DNA of 64,000 nucleotides from Macrostomum lignano (taxonomy: Eukaryota). The notes under the pieces are model-generated. The model was not told the origin of the DNA. It searched no databases and saw only the letters and a list, made by a program, of their open reading frames with translations. Below, in pieces: positions 1 to 29,633 of this stretch. The stretch covers positions 420,703-484,702 of the forward strand of contig NIVC01000667.1 in NCBI GenBank assembly GCA_002269645.1. Reading direction: 5' to 3'. The first letter of the stretch is position 1, and every line of letters starts with the position of its first letter. Made by a program: the position numbers and the translations under genes.

Positions 1-9
1 GAAAAAGTT

Positions 10-146
<137 letters not shown>

Positions 147-218
147 TTAGATGTGAAGTAGAGGAACACGGCAGACAATTAAGAGATAAGAGAAGAGATA
201 GAGGGTTAGAGAATGGGA

Positions 219-705
219 GATGAGGCAGAGATGAGGCAGAGATGAGACAGAGATGAGGCAGAGATGAGACAGAGATGAGGCAGAGATGAGACAGAGATGA
301 GGCAGAGATGAGGCAGAGATGAGGCAGAGATGAGACAGAGATGAGGCAGAGATGAGGCAGAGATGAGGCAGAGATGAGACAGAGATGAGGCAGAGATGAG
401 ACAGAGATGAGGCAGAGATGAGACAGAGATGAGGCAGAGGTGGGGCAGAGATGAGGCAGAGATGAGACAGAGATGAGGCAGAGATGAGGCAGAGATGAGG
501 CAGAGGTGAGGCAGAGATGAGGCAGAGATGAGGCAGAGATGAGGCAGAGATGAGGCAGAGGTGAGGCAGAGATGAGGCAGAGATGAGGCAGAGGTGAGGC
601 AGAGATGAGGCAGATATGAGGCAGAGATGAGGCAGAGGTGAGGCAGATATGAGGCAGAGATGAGGCAGAGATGAGGCAGAGATGAGGCAGATATGAGGCA
701 GAGAT
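219..705. repeat. 11-bp minisatellite (GATGAGGCAGA)n
   Basis: Direct reading; 11-aa periodicity in the ORF track. Confidence 0.95.
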
Positions 706-1089
706 GTAAAGGGCAGGAGACACGGAGGCCCTCCAGTGGGGCGAAGAGGCTGTAAGAAAACGCTACTCTCCAGTGTTCTGCCCGCATTCTCGCACAACAG
801 CAATTCAAATTGGCATCCTTCACTGGGCCTTTTTTCATCTCCAATCGATGCGGGTCCGGTGCCAATCAATTCGATTCAAGTGCTGGCTGGCGCTTGGATT
901 AAAAGTACAGCCACCGAAGGAGTGAGGGGTCTCAGCTGTTGTATGTAAAAGAAATGCCAGCTACTTTGAACTGGTTAAACTAAAACATTTTCGATTGTGA
1001 TGCCCTGGGACAAGCATTGATCTGGAGCTACATAGTGTATACGCTTGAGTATGAGTGCTCAGGCCATGGGATTTGGGTCGATGAAATTG

Positions 1090-2187
<1,098 letters not shown>

Positions 2188-2420
2188 GGCAGGAGGCTCG
2201 CGCTACTGGAAGAAAAGTTTCGATAGCAGGGAGATAGGAGAGAGACAGGCTATCTGAGCCGTCACAAGTCAAGGAGGATCGCATTGGTCCGCAGATCCCC
2301 AGCATCCCATTGGCCGGCACAGCCAACAAAAGGGATGAGGAGAGGTCGCGGAGAGGCGGCTCGGACCAGTTTCGGAGAAAAAAGTTTATTCTGCTTAAAA
2401 ACGAAATTCAATTTTCAAGG

Positions 2421-3452
2421 ATGGCGCCTAGCAACTCTTCAGCAGCCCATCCACCTCTGATGGCTCCCGGCTCCCAGGACGCCATCAGTGTGCAGGTGTT
2501 GCTGGACCTGCTGACTCTCAACGAGACACCGGACGCATCCGTCATCGAGGCGATCTTCTACAAGCACCAGGCGGGCCACAAGCTGTCCAGCCCCTTCTAC
2601 ATCGGCCTGTGCGTTGCCTTCGGCGCCCTGCTGGTCACCGCCCTCATCGGCAACCTGCTCGTTCTCTACTCAATCATCTCCTGCTGGACTCAGCGGAAAA
2701 CGCATCGTTGCCTCTACCTGAACCTCATCACCTGCGACCTGCTAGTAGCCACCGTCATCATCCCGGCTACCTGCTTCGACCAGCTGGACAGTCGATGGCT
2801 GTTCGGCGGCTCCGTGACCTGCGGCATCCGCCAAGGCCTGAGCGTCTGCCTGATGTTCAGCAGTGTGCATACGGCCACTGTGCTCAGCTGGCTGAGAAGT
2901 CTAGCGGCCAAACGGGCATATCGACCGCCGAAGGGTCGCACTGAGGGCCTCCTGGTGGCCGCCATCTGGTTGGTGGCCGTGGCCCTGTCCTGTCCAGCTG
3001 CTGTAGTGTCCGAGGCCCACCAGCTGCTGCACGTTGTCAACGAGGTGATGAAGAACCAGCTGGACAGGCCCGTGAACTGGCCAGTGTGCATCGAGAACTG
3101 GGACCGGCTGGGCCAGAAGCCCAAGTTCTGGTACGGCTTCGCCATCCTGCACCTGGCCTGCGTGCTGCCTCTGCTCAGCCTGGGTGTCGCCTACTTCAGG
3201 ATCTGCCGCGCCATCTACCGGAGCAACCGGGTGCTGAATGCGCACAAGAGGTGCCAGGGAGTGCTGTCCGTCACCTACCACCATCACCAGAACACGCCGG
3301 ACAATACTGTGCTGAGCATGAGGCCCAACTTCTCGCTGGCGTCCACCTGCAGCGCAATCAACCGCAGGAAGAGGGCCACCAACTCAAGGAGGATGTTCCT
3401 GCTCGGCCTGGGACTGGTGCTGATCTTTGCCGTCACCTGGCTGCCGCTGCAG
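2421..3452 (+). CDS. GPCR exon 1 (N-terminus to TM6)
   Basis: Starts MAPSNSS, ends FAVTWLPLQ at a GT donor. Confidence 0.88.
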
Positions 3453-3774
3453 GTGAGGGCTGACCGACCGACTGACTGACTGACTGACTGACTGACTGAC
3501 TGACTGACTGACTGACTGACTGACTGACTGACTGACTGACTGACTGACTGACTGACTGACTGACTGACTGACTGACTGACTGACTGACTGACTGACTGAC
3601 TGACTGACTGACTGACTGACTGACTGACTGACTGACTGACTGACTGACTGACTGACTGACTTGAGTGAGTGGGTAACTGACTGACTGACTGACTGACTGA
3701 CTGACTGACTGACTGACTTGAGTGAGTGGGTAACTGACTGACTGACTGACTGACAGACACACAGACGGACAGAA

Positions 3775-3831
<57 letters not shown>

Positions 3832-4184
3832 CCCCGTCCCCACCGCAGCTGACCCAGCTGGTCCGGGCCTACTGGTCGGCCTACAAGAACAAACAAGAGT
3901 CGGACGCCAGCCCCGACTTCCACCGCCTGCTCACCCTGTTCCACCTGCTGGCTCTCACCAACTGCCTGGTGAACCCGTTCTACCTGCTGGCCACTCACGC
4001 CTGGTACCGGAAGCGCAGCCGGCGCCTCCTTCAAAGACTTCGCTGTCGATTTGGTCAGCCCTGCTGCCACGTGTCCTGGAACTGCAACGTGCGGCTTGGG
4101 CTCCGCGTGATCGCTGTGAGGAGAACCTCGCCGTCAGGGAGTGGCAACGGGAGCGGCGGAGCTGCCGTAGGCGCCAATGTCTAA
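2421..4184 (+). CDS. Class A (rhodopsin-like) GPCR, neuropeptide-receptor-like; join(2421..3452,3849..4184), 455 aa
   Basis: Seven hydrophobic segments with family A motifs: TM1 GN, TM2 LITCD, ECL1 WLFGGSVTC, TM4 W..P, ECL2 CIENW, TM5 LPL..Y, TM6 FAVTWLP, TM7 NCLVNPF. Donor CAG|GTGAGG at 3452/3453 and acceptor CCGCAG|CTG at 3848/3849 join in phase 0. Confidence 0.9.
3461..3830. repeat. (GACT)n/(GACA)n microsatellite filling the GPCR intron
   Basis: Direct reading. Confidence 0.97.
3849..4184 (+). CDS. GPCR exon 2 (ECL3, TM7, C-tail)
   Basis: Reads LTQLVRAY...NCLVNPFYL...GANV then TAA at 4182-4184. Confidence 0.88.
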   Translation: MTQLVRAYWSAYKNKQESDASPDFHRLLTLFHLLALTNCLVNPFYLLATHAWYRKRSRRLLQRLRCRFGQPCCHVSWNCNVRLGLRVIAVRRTSPSGSGNGSGGAAVGANV

Positions 4185-4419
4185 CAGCTTAGCGCCAGTG
4201 TCTAACAGTATAGCGCCATTGTCTAACAGATTAGCGCCAGTGTCTAACAGTTTAGCGCCAGTGTCTAACAGTTTAGCGCCAGTGTCCAACAGTTTAGCGC
4301 CAGTGTCTAACAGATTAGCGCCAGTGTCTAACAGTTTAGCGCCAGTGTCTAACAGTTTAGCGCCAGTGTCTAACAGATTAGCGCGCCAGTGTCTAACAGT
4401 TTAGCGCCTGTGTCTAACA
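4172..4419. repeat. 21-bp minisatellite (GCGCCAGTGTCTAACAGTTTA)n overlapping the GPCR stop codon
   Basis: About 11 units; 7-aa periodicity. Confidence 0.95.
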
Positions 4420-5022
4420 AGCAGTTTGACTCTTGCGTTGGAGCCTTATCTAGCATCAGCGGAACCCGTTTAATCCTACGTGTTTATAACAAAGACCGTA
4501 GCATTATCCCAAGACAAAAAATCGATTTTTCAACTCGTATAAACCACGTTTGTTGTCAGGTGGATTTGATATTTTCGCTGGCTGGTAAAATTACGATTCA
4601 TTAAATTAATTATTTTCTGGAATCTCAACTTTAGATGTGGAATTTAGTGAAAACTCTTTGTTAAAATGCGATTATTGCTTTTTAAAATCTGTTCTGCTGC
4701 GATGGTGGTACAGATGACTTATTTCATTTGAATAAAACTGCAAATTCGTTGTAAAAGTATTGTGACCCAGTTAAAAGCCTGTTCTCAGATGAGTTGCCTT
4801 CTTTACCTACTCTTCACCCTACCCTGTCCATTCTACTCTCTCCTCTCTATTGTCCCCCTTCTACTCTTTGCCCTAACTTCTCTACTCTACACTTCATTCT
4901 TTATTTTACTATCTCCCCCTCTTTCGCTCTACTCCACTTTTACGAGCCACATCCTCCACTTCAAGGGCTGTTGCCTTCCCCAGTGCTGAAAGCATTCAGT
5001 TCACGTTTGGAACAATAAACTC

Positions 5023-5600
<578 letters not shown>

Positions 5601-6108
5601 AGCCATGGAAACATAGTGCATTCATTGAGCTGAAAATTTTAAGCTGTGCCAGAAAGTTTTTCACTCACTAATGCTTCCAATAAATTTGATATCCGCATGT
5701 ACGCTCTCACCTGTCCCCATCTCACTCTGAGCGTCAGACTTAATGTGGGCGTTTCTCCAACAATTATCATTTTTGCGATGTATTGTAGTGGCTTTTATTT
5801 CCCAGAGCGTGACGCACTTCTGCTGTAAAGTTGCCAGAAAATATGGGGTAGGTGAGGGGGGCGAAAAAGAGGGAGAGCAGGGAAAAAAACGTTGCCATTG
5901 TGCCTTCTTCTGCTGTGCATGTAGACCGGTCGTTGGCATCACGCATGACTTTATAAACTGCTAATTAGCTCAGGAAATTGTAGGTGCAGTTGCTAAGCTT
6001 GTTTTTTCTTAGGGTGTAGAAAGATTACTTCAGGCCAGGAAAATAGTACAAAAAAGCCATGGACAGTATCAGCCCTGCACATTCTGAGTGAGTGGGGAAG
6101 CCATGGAC

Positions 6109-6603
<495 letters not shown>

Positions 6604-6976
6604 AAAGGTGGATAGATAGAAAGCTTATTTAGACTATATCCCACCCAATGCCAAAAGCACACGTGACGGCTTTCTGAGCAGGCAAATTTTTCGAGAAAGA
6701 CAAATACTTCACTGGGAGGATGGAGACAAGAAAACTGAAGTATTTTCGCGCGTCAAACCAGCCCACGCACTTCAGTTTCAGGTGCCTGCAACCCTCCTGT
6801 AGAGCAAGCAATCGAAAAAGTACACCTGTCAATCTGCACCGTAATCCTCCCAGGGAGGCCAATATTAACCCGAAGGGCTTCCAAGCACTCAAATCCCAGA
6901 CAAAGGAGAAAGATACAAATAGAAATGCTAGCGCTCGCACAGAACAGCTGAAGCTTCGGGATTATGGGATAGCATT

Positions 6977-7660
6977 AGCGGGCACTGGCACAAGCGGGCA
7001 CTGGCACAATCGGGCACTGGCACAAGCGGGCACTGGCACAAGCGGGCACTGGCACAAGCGGGCACTGGCACTGGCGGGCACTGGCACAAGCGGGCACTGG
7101 CACAAACGGGCACTGCCACAAGCGGGCACTGGCACAAGCGGGCACTGGCACAAGCGGGCACTGGCACAAGCGGGCACTGGCACAAGCGGGCACTGGCACA
7201 AGCGGGCACTGGCACAAGCGGGCACTGGCACAAGCGGGCACTGGCACAAGCGGGCACTGGCACAAGCGGGCACTGGCACAAACGGGCACTGGCACAAACG
7301 GGCACTGCCACAAGCGGGCACTGGCACAAGCGGGCACTGGCACAAACGGGCACTGGCACAAGCGGGCACTGGCACAAACGGGCACTGGCACAAACGGGCA
7401 CTGGCACAAATGGGCACTGGCACAAGCGGGCACTGGCACAAGCGGGCACTGGCACAAACGGGCACTGGAACAAGCGGGCACTGGCACAAACGGGCACTGG
7501 AACAAGCGGGCACTGGCACAAACGGGCACTGGCACTGGCGGCCACTGCCACAAACGGGCACTGGCACAAACGGGCACTGGCACAAGCGGGCACTAGCACA
7601 AACGGGCACTGGCACAAACGGGCACTGGCACAAACGGGCACTGGCACAAACGGGCACTGG
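6977..7660. repeat. 16-bp minisatellite (GGGCACTGGCACAAGC)n
   Basis: 16-aa periodicity in the ORF track. Confidence 0.96.
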
Positions 7661-8498
7661 CGCAAGCGCTCAGGCAAATGCCAGCAGCCAGAGTCAACAT
7701 TAGCGCATCATCACAAAGTATTCAATTATATCAGTTCCCTGAAGCACCTGCTGAGCACCGTTGAAGCCGCAGTCATTCAATACTATGGCCAACAGGGCTT
7801 CAACTTTATCTTCCGTCTCTCCGTACACCAGACATGCGATTAAATACTCGTAGCCAATTCGATGTCGAAGTGAACAAGTCGGAGTGTTAGTTCCACTTGA
7901 ACCAATCTTGCTGTCATTCCAGCCGGGACCCTAACCACAGCATCCCTCAATTTCTACTACAATTTACAAGTTGCTCAGGGACCTGTGGTCTCCTGTTCTT
8001 TAGTAATTGCAAGTTGCTATGACCATTGGCTGCAGTATAGGGGGGGGGGGGTTACTATCTGACGTTGAGTGGGTGGAGTTTCTCCTCTTTCTATATGAGT
8101 ATAACACCCAGGCCAGCGGCGATATTGGGAAGACTATTGACAGGTCCCATCACCGATTCCCCACCTCACTCTCTTTCTCTCTCTCTGCTCGCCCGTCACC
8201 TGCAAGTGGGCTCTGGCTTAGACCACGCCTGGGGCGGGCCGGGGACTCCCAGATCTTAAAGAGAGTCTGGAATGGAGACCGGCCCAGTCATGCATATTTT
8301 AAAAGCCATTGGGCGTTCTGTTTCGGCATCCTAATTTATGGAGATCGATTAAAACTTTCGCTGTTGCCAAGCCGCCTCCTCTTAAACTGAAGTTCATTCT
8401 AGCATCTATTCTAGGAAGTACTCATCTGACCTAATTTTACCTGTAGCTTCTCGCACAAGATTCACCCCCATAAGGCCGGGCTCACAGGTGCTAGGGTG

Positions 8499-8812
8499 GC
8501 AGGTCTTGTGCAGGTCTTGTGCAGGTCTTGTGCAGGTCTTGTGCAGGTCTTGTGCAGGTCTTGTGCAGGTCTTGTGCAGGTCTTGTGCAGGTCCCACGAT
8601 AAGTAGGTCAGATGAGTATGTCAGATGAGTATGTCAGATGAGTATGTCAGATGAGTATGTCAGATGAGTATGTCAGATGAGTATGTCAGATGAGTATGTC
8701 AGATGAGTATGTCAGATGAGTATGTCAGATGAGTATGTCAGATGAGTATGTCAGATGAGTATGTCAGATGAGTATGTCAGATGAGTATGTCAGATGAGTA
8801 TGTCAGATGAGT
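8499..8812. repeat. Adjacent 11-bp (GCAGGTCTTGT)n and 13-bp (GTCAGATGAGTAT)n arrays
   Basis: Direct reading: 8499-8592 and 8608-8812. Confidence 0.95.
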
Positions 8813-9151
8813 AGGCCAGCTACATGTAAGTGAGCTTGTAAAGTAAACATAATAAAAGTGTCAAATATGTGCCGGTTTCCACTATTTCTAGTGTCTTTAT
8901 GCTCATAGTGTAGCTTATAGTCATAGCTTAGGCCACCATATCTATTAATTTATATACACACAAGCGTTTTAACATAATATGAGTACGCTGAGGCCAGCAG
9001 CCTCACTTCACTCTCTGTCGGGGGAATTTTTCGTCTTAAAAATTGCTTCTGCAGCTGGGGTTCATTTTCTGCTCAGCTGGATGAAATAAGATCGGGGGGG
9101 GGGGCAAAAATATTCTGGCAAAAACTTCTTCGAGCCAGATTAACAACTGTG

Positions 9152-9800
<649 letters not shown>

Positions 9801-10227
9801 AGAGGCAAGCGGTGGACAGCTTAAAAGCAGGCCATTCTTAGCTACAAAAGCCCTGAGTGCACTCATCAGCTTAGGCCCAAGCCAGCGAATCCCGCTTAAA
9901 CCTGATCTGACTCTTTTCCCAATCCCAAGCCCCAAAGTCAACCCCACTTTCCTGGGGCTAAATTTCGGTCTACAGTTGCTTCCCAATTCCCACAGTGGCT
10001 ACCGGCTTAGGGTAGCAGCACGAAGGGGATGACAGGAAGTAAAGTGGGAAAAGTGGGAGAGATCAAGTGAAGCAGACTGTGAGAGGTTGAGTCCGCGGGT
10101 TGTCTGGTTAGTGAATCCCTCAGTTCTCATTTGATAGCATGGCAAAGTGGCTGTGCAGAGCAGCCTTGGTAATCGGCGTTGAGAACGAAAAAGTCAAGAG
10201 AGGAAGAAAATAAGATCTAAACTCAGA

Positions 10228-12345
10228 TACCACACCCTGTCTCTCAGTATCCCACACCCTGTCTCTCAGTATCCCACAGCCTGTCTCTCAGTATCCCACA
10301 CCCTGTCTCTCAGTATCCCACACCCTGTCTCTCAGAATCCAACACCTTGTCTCTCAGTATCCCACATCCTGTTCTCTCAGTATCCCACACCCTGTTTCTA
10401 AGTATCCCACACCCTGTCTCTCAGTATGCCACACTCTGTCTCTCAGTATGCCACACCTGTCTCTCAGTATGCCACACTCTCTCTCTCTCTTAGGATCCCA
10501 CACCCTGTCTCTCAGTATCCCACACCCTGTCTCTCAGTATCCCACACCCTGTTTCTCAGTATCCCACACCCTGTTTCTAAGTATCCCACACCCTGTCTCT
10601 CAGTATCCCACACCTTGTTTCTAAGTATCCCACACCCTGTCTCTCAGTATCCCACACCCTGTCTCTTAGCATCCCACACCCTGTCTCTCAGTATCCAACA
10701 TCCTATCTCTCAGTATGCCACACCTGTCTCTCAGTATCCCACACCCTGTCTCTCAGTATCCCACACCCTGTCTCTCAGTATCCCACACCCTGTCTCTCAG
10801 TATCCCACACCTGTCTCTCAGTATCCCACATCCCACACCCTGTCTCTCAGTATCCCACACCCTGTCTCTTAGCATCCCACACCCTGTCTCTCAGTATCCA
10901 ACATCCTATCTCTCAGTATCCCACACTCTGTTTCTCAGTATCCCACATCCCACACCCTATCTCTCAGAATGCCACACACTGTCTCTCAGAATGCCACACA
11001 CTGTCTCTCAGTATCCCACATCCTGTCTTTCAGTATGCCACACCCTGTTTCTAAGTATCCCACACCCTGTCTCTCAGTATGCCACACTCTGTTTCTAAGT
11101 ATCCCACACCCTGTCTCTCAGTATCCCACACCCTGTCTCTCAGTATCCCACACCCTGTTTCTAAGTATCCCACACCCTGTTTCTAAGTATCCCACACCCT
11201 GTCTCCCAGTATCCCACATTCTGTTTCTCAGTATCCCACATCCCACACCCTATCTCTCAGAATGCCACACACTGTCTCTCAGAATGCCACACTCTGTCTC
11301 TCAGTATCCCACACCCTGTCTCTCAGTATCCCACACCCTGTCTCTCAGTATCCCACACCCTGTTTCTCAGTATCCCACATCCCACACCCTATCTCTCAGA
11401 ATGCCACACACTGTCTCTCAGAATACCACACACTGTCTCTCAGTATCCCACACCCTGTCTCTCAGTATCCCACACCCTGTTTCTAAGTATCCCACACCCT
11501 GTCTCTCAGTATCCCACACTCTGTTTCTCAGTATCCCACACTCTGTCTCTCAGTATCCCACACTCTGTCTCTCAGTATCCCACACCCTGTTTCTAAGTAT
11601 CCCACACCCTGTCTCCCAGTATCCCACACCCTGTCTCTCAGAATCCAACACCTTGTCTCTCAGTATCCCACATCCTGTTCTCTCAGTATCCCACACCCTG
11701 TCTCTCAGTATCCCACACCCTGTCTCTCAGTATGCCACACCTGTCTCTCAGTATGCCACACCTGTCTCTCAGTATCCCACACCCTGTCTCTCAGTATGCC
11801 ACACCTGTCTCTCAGTATCCCACACCCTGTCTCTCAGTATGCCACACTCTGTCTCTTAGCATCCCACACCCTGTCTCTCAGTATCCCACACCCTGTCTCT
11901 CAGTATCCCACACCCTGTTTCTAAGTATCCCACACCTTGTCTCTCAGTATCCCACACCCTGTCTCTCAGTATCCCACACCCTGTTTCTAAGTATCCCACA
12001 CCCTGTCTCTCAGTATGCCACACCTGTCTCTCAGTATCCCACATCCCACACCCTGTCTCTCAGTATCCCACACTCTGTCTCTCAGTATCCCACACCCTGT
12101 CTCTCAGTATCCCACACCCTGTTTCTAAGTATCCCACACCCTGTCTCTCAGTATCCCACACCCTGTCTCTCAGTATCCCACACCCTGTTTCTAAGTATCC
12201 CACACCCTGTCTCTCAGTATGCCACACCTGTCTCTCAGTATCCCACATCCCACACCCTGTCTCTCAGTATCCCACACCCTGTCTCTCAGTATCCCACACT
12301 CTGTCTCTCAGTATGCCACACCCTGTCTCTCAGTATGCCACACCT
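10228..12345. repeat. 22-bp minisatellite (CCCACACCCTGTCTCTCAGTAT)n
   Basis: 22-aa periodicity in the ORF track. Confidence 0.97.
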
Positions 12346-12654
12346 AAAAACCCGTCTGAGAATATTAAGCAAAATAATCTCAATTTATAAGTGATTATTG
12401 TACAGAAAAAGCAAAATTTATTATAATTTGTGCGACTATTATTAATAATATTGTACAGCAAAATATGATTAATTAGATTGCGCCACAACCAGTTATTCCA
12501 ACTAGCCAATTGTGTAGGGCAATATATCATTCATTAATCCATTAATATTCATTAAAATTCAGTAAATATCAGTTTAAAAAATAAAAAAACTATTTCGATT
12601 TTGTATGTAATATTCTCTCTTTGATTTAGTCGCAAGATCAAATTTCGACTTCAT

Positions 12655-12832
12655 TTTAGAGCCAATTATCTTCTTAATTTTATAGCAATTATCGACTCAA
12701 TTTTAGAGCCAATTATCGACTCAATTTTAGAGCCAATTATTGACTCAATTTTAGAGCCAATTATTGACTCTATTTGACAATCACTTAATTAATTATCGAC
12801 TCATTTACATTAGCCAATTATCGACTCAATTA
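12655..12832. repeat. About 24-bp repeat (TCAATTTTAGAGCCAATTATCGAC)n just 3' of the Amt stop
   Basis: Direct reading; degenerate at both ends. Confidence 0.85.
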
Positions 12833-12855
12833 TCGGTTGAATTGCCAAATGCCTT

Positions 12856-27071
<14,216 letters not shown>

Positions 27072-27402
27072 TGTCGAGCTGATTCGATAGGAACTCGTGT
27101 CGGAGTTGGCAAAGCGGCAGTATCCGAATTGCTTAAGGGCGGATTTTTATTAAGGTGAGCCTACTCCTGTGCGGAAGAGATTGAGAACGATTCCTACTAT
27201 AAATGATTATCCATCAAAGAGAAACTTTACACTTTTAAGCAAGCAAGAAGAAACATGATCTACACTGGAGTTGGAGCGCGTGAAAGTCGAGACGTTTGGT
27301 GGGGCCGATTTAACGAGCTGACGGCAGGTGGGCGCGTTCAGGGGGGTCGTTACTGAGCTAGTTTGCCTAATTTGGAATGCGGATGACTGCCGACTGTCTC
27401 CA

Positions 27403-28095
<693 letters not shown>

Positions 28096-29026
28096 AGCTG
28101 CAGAATCCCCATCACTAAGTCTGCAATTTAATTACAAAGGCAGCTGAATGGCAAACCCAGTTATGAGTTGAATTGCATTCAAAACAAATTGAACCAACTA
28201 CTGTGTTTATTTATTATCGAACACAAAGCGAAATCTAAAAGCAAAATGTGTTTGACTGCTTGTGCCATTATTAAACATTATTGATGCGAAATCTGGATGC
28301 GTTAAATTTAAATGCAAGCTGTAATATTAACATTTTAAAACAGTGTAATTCGTTTGCTATAAACTACTGTACGATTGTACTTGCGTACTTATTCTTCATC
28401 GAGAAAATTTACAATTTAATAAGCTGTTCATAGCGAGAGTTTAATATTCAAGCAAGTGGATAGTGAGGGAGAGGGGAGGAGAGAGAAGGTTGAGAGTGAG
28501 GGAGGGGATCAGTAGGAGGGTGAGAAGGAGGGTGAGAAAGAGTGGATGAGATCGCCAGAGAATGGTATCAGTGTGTGGATACAAAGCTTATAAATTGAGA
28601 AGAATTTTTAACGTCGAAAATTAGTTATCGATTTTAATATCCAACGCCTAAAAAATACGAGTAAATCTGCATTCAATACGAAATTTGCAATAATGAGATA
28701 TTTCACTGCATTGATTTCACTGCATAGCTTGCAAACTTGCTTTCAAATGAAAAAATTAATAAAAACTGTTATCAAGGGTAGCGAACTATCTACAAAAAAG
28801 CAGAAACTTTAATTCTATGTACACACGCTGGATGCATTGACCTGCTGTTATTGAGATTCGCTCTCATTGTCAAGAGGCAAAATTGCTGATAACAATGCCT
28901 GCTCAGACTCCACCGCATCTTGACTTCTTTTCTCCTGCTCACTGCCGCTGAAATTATTGAATTAAGGCATGCAATCTCTGTAATTAGTGGCTTTCATTGG
29001 TGCTGATGCACTGAGCAATGTGAAAC

Positions 29027-29570
29027 TGTCCTGTCTAACAGGTGTGTGACACTGTCTAACAGGTGTGTGACACTGTCTAACAGGTGTGTGACACTGTCCT
29101 GTCTAACAGGTGTGTGACACTGTCCTGTCTAACAGGTGTGTGACACTGTCTAACAGGTGTGTGACACTGTCTAACAGGTGTGTGACACTGTCCTGTCTAA
29201 AAGGTGTGTGACACTGTCTAACAGGCGTGTGACACTGTCCTGTCTAACAGGTGTGTGACACTGTCTAACAGGTGTGTGACACTGTCTAACAGGTGTGTGA
29301 CACTGTCCTGTCTAACAGGTGTGTGACACTGTCCTGTCTAACAGGTGTGTGACACTGTCTAACAGGTGTGTGACACTGTCTAACAGGTGTGTGACACTGT
29401 CCTGTCTAAAAGGTGTGTGACACTGTCTAACAGGCGTGTGACACTGTCCTGTCTAACAGGTGTGTGACACTGTCCTGTCTAACAGGTGTGTGACACTGTC
29501 CTGTCTAACAGGTGTGTGACACTGTCTAACAGTGTGACACTGTCTAACAGTGTGTGACACTGTCTAACAG
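29027..29570. repeat. 21/26-bp minisatellite (GTCTAACAGGTGTGTGACACT[GTCCT])n
   Basis: Direct reading. Confidence 0.95.
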
Positions 29571-29633
29571 GTGCAATATTCTACAATCTGGCAAAAGGAA
29601 TTCTGAGTCATCAAGCTGTAACACTGCCACAAC

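Noticed and set aside
2609-3463. Alternative-frame and antisense ORFs over the GPCR exon
   Set aside because: Shadow ORFs caused by high GC3; no domain features.
9853-9869. CTGATGAG hammerhead half-core on the minus strand
   Set aside because: No GAAA follows stem II; it is just the palindrome TGAGTGCACTCA.
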